The notes under the pieces: generated by a model
What the model was told of the DNA's origin: nothing
Databases searched by the model: none
Seen by the model: the letters and a program-made list of their open reading frames with translations, nothing else
Program-made: the position numbers and the translations under genes
Part shown: piece by piece, positions 57,101-63,100 of the stretch
Layout of the letters: each line of letters starts with the position of its first letter
Position numbering within the stretch: the stretch's first letter is position 1
DNA from: Owenia fusiformis
Taxonomy: Eukaryota
Reading direction: 5' to 3'
Length of the DNA stretch: 64,000 bases
NCBI GenBank assembly: GCA_903813345.2
Contig: CAIIXF020000001.1
Span: 43,090,001 to 43,154,000, forward strand

Positions 57101-60100
57101 GAATCACGTGATCTAATTATGCGCAATGACTTATATATGATTTCTGTCATAGTGCTGCGACAGCCAATCAGATTGCGAGTTCTTAATCGGGGAAATGCTA
57201 ACTGCTTATCGCAAGGGGTAAAAAGAAAGAATATATTCTGGATTTTGAAGCCCTGTGATTGGAGGATGCGGGATAAGGAGCTTCATACATCCGAATATAA
57301 AGTATATCCTAGAAAATCCTAGAACAGTGAGCATTTTCCCTGAGTGTTTTGATTTTCTAAATATAAAGAATTTGATGCATAAAATGTTATTGTTGCAGGT
57401 GATCAGGAATATCAAGGAAACATGCCATGTTGTCAATCAGGTAAGACAAGTTAGAAATACAGACCTATTCTATATTTGGTGTGAAATACAAAGACTTATT
57501 CTGGATTTTGTGTGAAAAAACTGACCACTCCAGATTTATTGTTCAAATTTAAGACCTATCCAAAATGTGACTGAAAAATACAGACATCTATAACGCATCT
57601 ATAATGCATCTATAATGCAGAATTATTGCAGATCTCAAGCCCAAAATGTGGAAAACAAGATATTTTTATGAATTATGTTTAATATATGATTGCAAAGCAT
57701 CCTGATTCTCAAGAAATTCAAAATCTCAGTAACTAAAGCAAGAATATTAAGTTTCCATTGTTGTTTATATAGATTCTGTTGCTGCAAAACTTGAATGAGA
57801 CACATATGTGTAATGCCCTGTTAGTCCCTGAGGCTGATGAAGATATTATATGGAAGCAAGATGACCTTGGGCCACCCCTGGACAGAGTCAAGAAATCTAC
57901 AGGTAAAACGTCATTACTGAAAAGCAAACTAATCTCCATGACAGTTTGAACAGAAATACAACTTGAAAGAAAGGCCTGTCTCATAGTCTAATGACCCCAG
58001 TAGGGGTTTAAAATATTCTTTATTTTTGTTCCATACTAAATCTGATGCCACGTATTTATTGTACTGTGATACTTTGTCATGATTAATTTGATTGATTTTA
58101 TGTATTTCAGATAGCTCAGATGATGAAGACCAGACCAACCAGAATTATCTGGCAGCCACTCTTCACTTCATGCCAGGGCACTTTGGGTGTGAATGTGTGT
58201 GGAAAATGCACTTCAACCTAAACCCAAGGCTGAGAGGGGGTACAGGGAGGTCGAGCATGGCCAGGGGGATACAAGCATTGCGTTCAATTCTCAATCCATT
58301 CTCCGTTAACAACAGGAAGAACATGTTTGTATATAGGGAACCACAGTCTGGAAATGTCTTTTATTTAAGGTAGGAGTTGAGTTTTATTTGAAAAGTACAG
58401 TACAGTAAAACCTATCTGAAATGAACACTGCTGGAGCCATTCCATCTGAAATTCTATACATTGAGAGGCTTTCCTGCTCATGGGTCTATGGGACATCCAA
58501 AAATCTGAATTGAGGAAAACATTACTTGAGAATAATGAATGAGTTTGTTGTACATCATAATATTCATTGTTTCCATACATTTTAACTGACAAGGCAATGT
58601 TCTTGTTTCCTTCCTAAAAATAATTTCATAATTACTAAAAATTTTATTTAAATGATTTTTAGCAAGTACAAATTCTTTAAAACGTTTTCCTTTAATTTTT
58701 TACATGAATGGTCTAAGGTCTTACATCTCATTATTTCTCCCCTATTCCTTGATGTATTTCAGGCTAAATGAATCGAGGAGTGAAGTGAGAACCAGTATAC
58801 CTAATATAACTGAGGCTACTAAATCTGAAGAAGAACTTCCTAACTCAAGTAGGTCAAACTTAAGTTCTCATCTCCAAGGATATTTTCTATATGCAATATT
58901 CCTAGTGATGTAAAAGACAATAGAGGTGATTCAAAAGTAAATGTTTAGGTACACTAGAATTCATCCAATCAGTGTGGGATTTTGTAAAATGCAGGATCAT
59001 TCAATTTTATGTACCCCAAATTTCAACAAATACATCTTCTGCATTCTCTATGTACAAGGGTCGATCTATAAATTCTGATAAAACTGCATAACTGCAATAA
59101 TGTTCAACCAAAGGTGAACCCCCGATAAGGAGAGCTTTTTAGAAGGACACAACTATTTTATTCTGTAAGTGATCATCGTGAATTTTTAACATACTTTTAA
59201 AAATGAGGGGAATTTATACATCCTGAAATATTTTCTTCGAATTATTAAAACGTGCGTTTGAAGAACCTTTTTTGTGAAGCGATAAAATTCAATTTTCCAT
59301 ATTTAACCGTTACATTTTGCTTAAATTCAATAACTTTCCCATTACTGTACGAGCAAAATAGAATGTGGCTAAGTAACATAATGAAGCAAAGTCTTAGTTT
59401 TCGTAAAGAAGTCGATGGGCGCTCCACCAGAAATATATTTTAAGAATTTTTTACGAATTGGTTCCATTATTCCGTCATTCTCATGCGTCGAAAGGGTCTC
59501 AAAAACATATTTCTAGGGAAACACCCATTGATTTCTTTTTATTTTCTAAGAGTTCAGATAAATAGGTATCTTACATTTGTGACACTTTGTTCCTATCCCA
59601 TCAGGCCATACACGGATTTTAACCACAAATAAAGAGTCTAACCTTAAAAAACGAGTTAATTGCCCTGCAAAAAATATTCTTAAAAAAGCAATTTTTATAT
59701 CACACAAGTTGTTTTTGGGAATATCTACGATCACCTAATATCTAAGATCATCTCTGATGTAGTGTTAAACTTCCATGATGATCTCATCCAGAATAAAAAA
59801 GCAATGTCCTTCTAAAAAGCTCTCCTTATCGGGGGTTCTTCTTTAATACAAAAGCTAATTCTTAATAGTTATTTGAGTAATCTCAGTTGTGTGAAAAAAT
59901 TGATTAATTAAATTGGTTAATATTAAGTGTGTGTCTAAAACTTTGTTTATTACTATTGAATCACCCCTTGTAGGTATAAGTTATAACATGAAATCCCTTG
60001 ATACATATCATTTTAGGAAAATGTTATGGCAAATATTTCTAAATTCACTATGAAGTAGATAATCCTCAGACAAATGTCTATGGTTCCCTAAGAATAAACC

Positions 60101-63100
60101 CAATGACGATGTTAATGTTAATGGATTATTTCTTTCCAGTTTCAAGGAGTTCCTCAATATGGTCGCTACAGACTAAACCGGGTGACATGGCTGAAGATGG
60201 GGCATCTGTCTCTCAACTTGACATGACCACTACTTCTAGGAAACCATCTATCAATGCAGAGAGAGAAGAAAAGACAACTCGTAAAATAGAGGAATGTATT
60301 ATTCTCTCAGCACACGGTATCTGCCCCGTAGGTGAGTCGATGAAATTATTTTGAAATAAAGAATGGATGAATGGCTCTGTTCTGTACGGCATCGTTATTC
60401 CATTGGAAGGTTGAATTCTGAAACTTCATGGTCATTTGTCTTTCATAATAATGAAACACAGTAACATTTAGTTTCTGATTGAGCTTTAAATGGTCATTCA
60501 TTAGCACCTAAGTAGACAATGTAGTCTTTAGGCTAGATTCAATCTTAGTAAAACTGTTAATTTGATATTATCACCCTTGAAAAGTGGTAGTTACCACATG
60601 AAATGTTGTCATTTTTTAACTTGTAATTTTATACAGGCAAAAGCAGACTAGGGACAAGATCTGATTAGGTTTTGGGTGTGCTGTGTAATTTTAAAAAGTT
60701 TCCATTTTGCTCTTCAAGTGTGATAGTAATGTTTGTTTCGCAACAATCCTCAGAAAATTTCTAGATTGCAGACACATTGAAATCTTAGGGAACCCCATTA
60801 AATGTATATGCAGTCACTGTTAAATAGACAGTGGGGTAACAGGTAGTTGATGCAAGACTAGCAAGTTGTTCTCTGTATTATAGGACATGAGATACGAGAT
60901 GAGCTGGTGAAAGTATTGTCCAACAGACTGGATGATCACGTACTTGGAGACCTCACAGTCATGCTAGTCAGGAATCCCATGTGTAAACTCACTACAGATG
61001 ATGTACAGGTGAATATTGATTGTTTGAGGGTCTTGTTTGTTTGTTTGTCTGTTTGTTTCTTTGTTTCTTCATCTGTCTAATGTACTGTGTAGAGTTAGCT
61101 TTACTTATGATTCAGCTAATTCAGAAAAATTATACAAAATTGTAAAGAAACATTTTATGGAGTTGACTTGGGGATGCGTTATATTTGTAGTTGGTCTAAT
61201 ACTAAAACAACCGTAATACAACATATGCTTGAAATTCATTTTTCTGTTGTTTGTTTGATGGATTTTCTTTAAATCCTGATGTACTATGAATTTATCTTTA
61301 ATTTATTTCCCAGTTCATACAGAAGCCTTTCCAAGCTCCACGGAGGGTGATACGGTTGTCTATCCCCTCTAGTGCCTCTCTGCATCTGTATGCTCTGGGC
61401 TACTACCTCAGGCAGAACCTACTCACCTTCCTTAACACACCTAAATATATGGAGAACAAGCCTGAGAACTTTTTCAAGGTAAGATAGAACAGTGAAACAT
61501 CATATAGGATAGAGTTTTTATTATTGGAGGGGCCTGGAGAGTATCTAGAGTATATCCCAAATTTCTGTTATTTAGATTTTGTCAACCAGACCTATCATGG
61601 ACTTAGAATTAAATTTCTGCATTACGAGATTATTAGTAATTAGGAAAGAAAATATTTTAGTGAAATAGACATCCTTGTGAATCAAAATGTACTTTATTAT
61701 GTACACAGTTAATAGTGTTGAAGCTTGTAATGTTGAAATTGGAGAGTTCATGTTGAAATGTATATTCTCCTAGGACTATAGTGGACCAGATCCTGTGCCT
61801 TTGAAAGACTCCCATATCTTCCTGTACAACCGACCCCAGCAGTCAGGGGGGAAAGGTAAGACATGATATACACGAATCGTCAATTTTTGAAGAGGACTTG
61901 AACTGAAATAAATGAAATATACTTATCACACGTTTGTTACAAATCTTCTTATTTTCATATTTGTTTAAAAGATAGCCTTTATTGACAATTTTGTAATGTC
62001 ACTCTTTAGGCACAATGTTGTAAGTGTTATATGCATTTGAGATAATTTACAGTGCATTAATATGTGCATTAATTTGTTTTATTAATTTTCCTCATAAATG
62101 TGAAAATGTTCCTGTAAAAATGCAATTCTGTAGTTGCTTTACTTCGCCATATTTTGTTGCAGGCATTGCCCTCATTCACTTTAGCCTGGTAGATTGGAGA
62201 GGTAACCCTGTACAGTTGATCTCATCTCCCAAGCCATCGCCTCTAGCATATAAAGACATCATAGATGCAACAGTGTTTGAGAGCATGATTGCTACCACTA
62301 TATATGAAAGAGACCCAAAGTCTAAAAGACCTGGTAAGTTTTTTATACGGTTTGCATTCTCCAAATACCAACTGGAATATATGTCTCCAAATACCAACTG
62401 GAATATATGGTTCTATTATAGGTATCCATTGTGTATTCGTATTATGGATGAATTTATGTACTTTTAATATTACATGACTGTTATATTAGAAGCTTTACAT
62501 TGTAATCTATAAATGACATATTACTTTTTGGTCAAGTAGCTCATCATACTTTTTCTTCTTAAATGTCATGAAACATTTATTCTATAACCTTAATTAATTC
62601 ATGCAATAGAAAGATGGTTATTTACTATTATCCTGCACTTAGTGTACTATATGTATAATAACATCAAAAAATAAATTTGATATCTATTGGTGAAATAAAT
62701 ATCCAGAGGATATCGCCACGATATACTCCGGGAAACCAATATGCGGAGGATATTGTGACGATTTACTCCGGGAAACCAATATGCAGGGATATTGTGACGA
62801 CATACTCCGGGAAACCAGTATGCGGAGGATATTGTGACGATATACTCGGAGAAACCAATATGCGGAGGATATTGTGATGATATACTTTGTTGTTGATTTC
62901 ACGCAAAATTGAACTCTATTGACATGAAATTTATTTTTCAATGATGTTAAACATTTAGTATTCACTACTAGTAAGTGTAGGATAATAAAAACATCCTATA
63001 ATTTTTTCAGAATATCATTTTAATCTACTCGGTGATATTGATATATGCACTTGTTCGCTTCACTCTCTAAAAATGATATTCCTCAAAATCATAGGATATC

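Noticed and set aside
57010..57315. Possible MITE with CCAAT-like internal motifs
   Set aside because: Could not define convincing TIRs or a TSD.
62700..62885. CRISPR-like regular repeats (also the 162-bp and 146-bp arrays)
   Set aside because: Head-to-tail units without unique spacers, in eukaryotic introns, with no cas genes.
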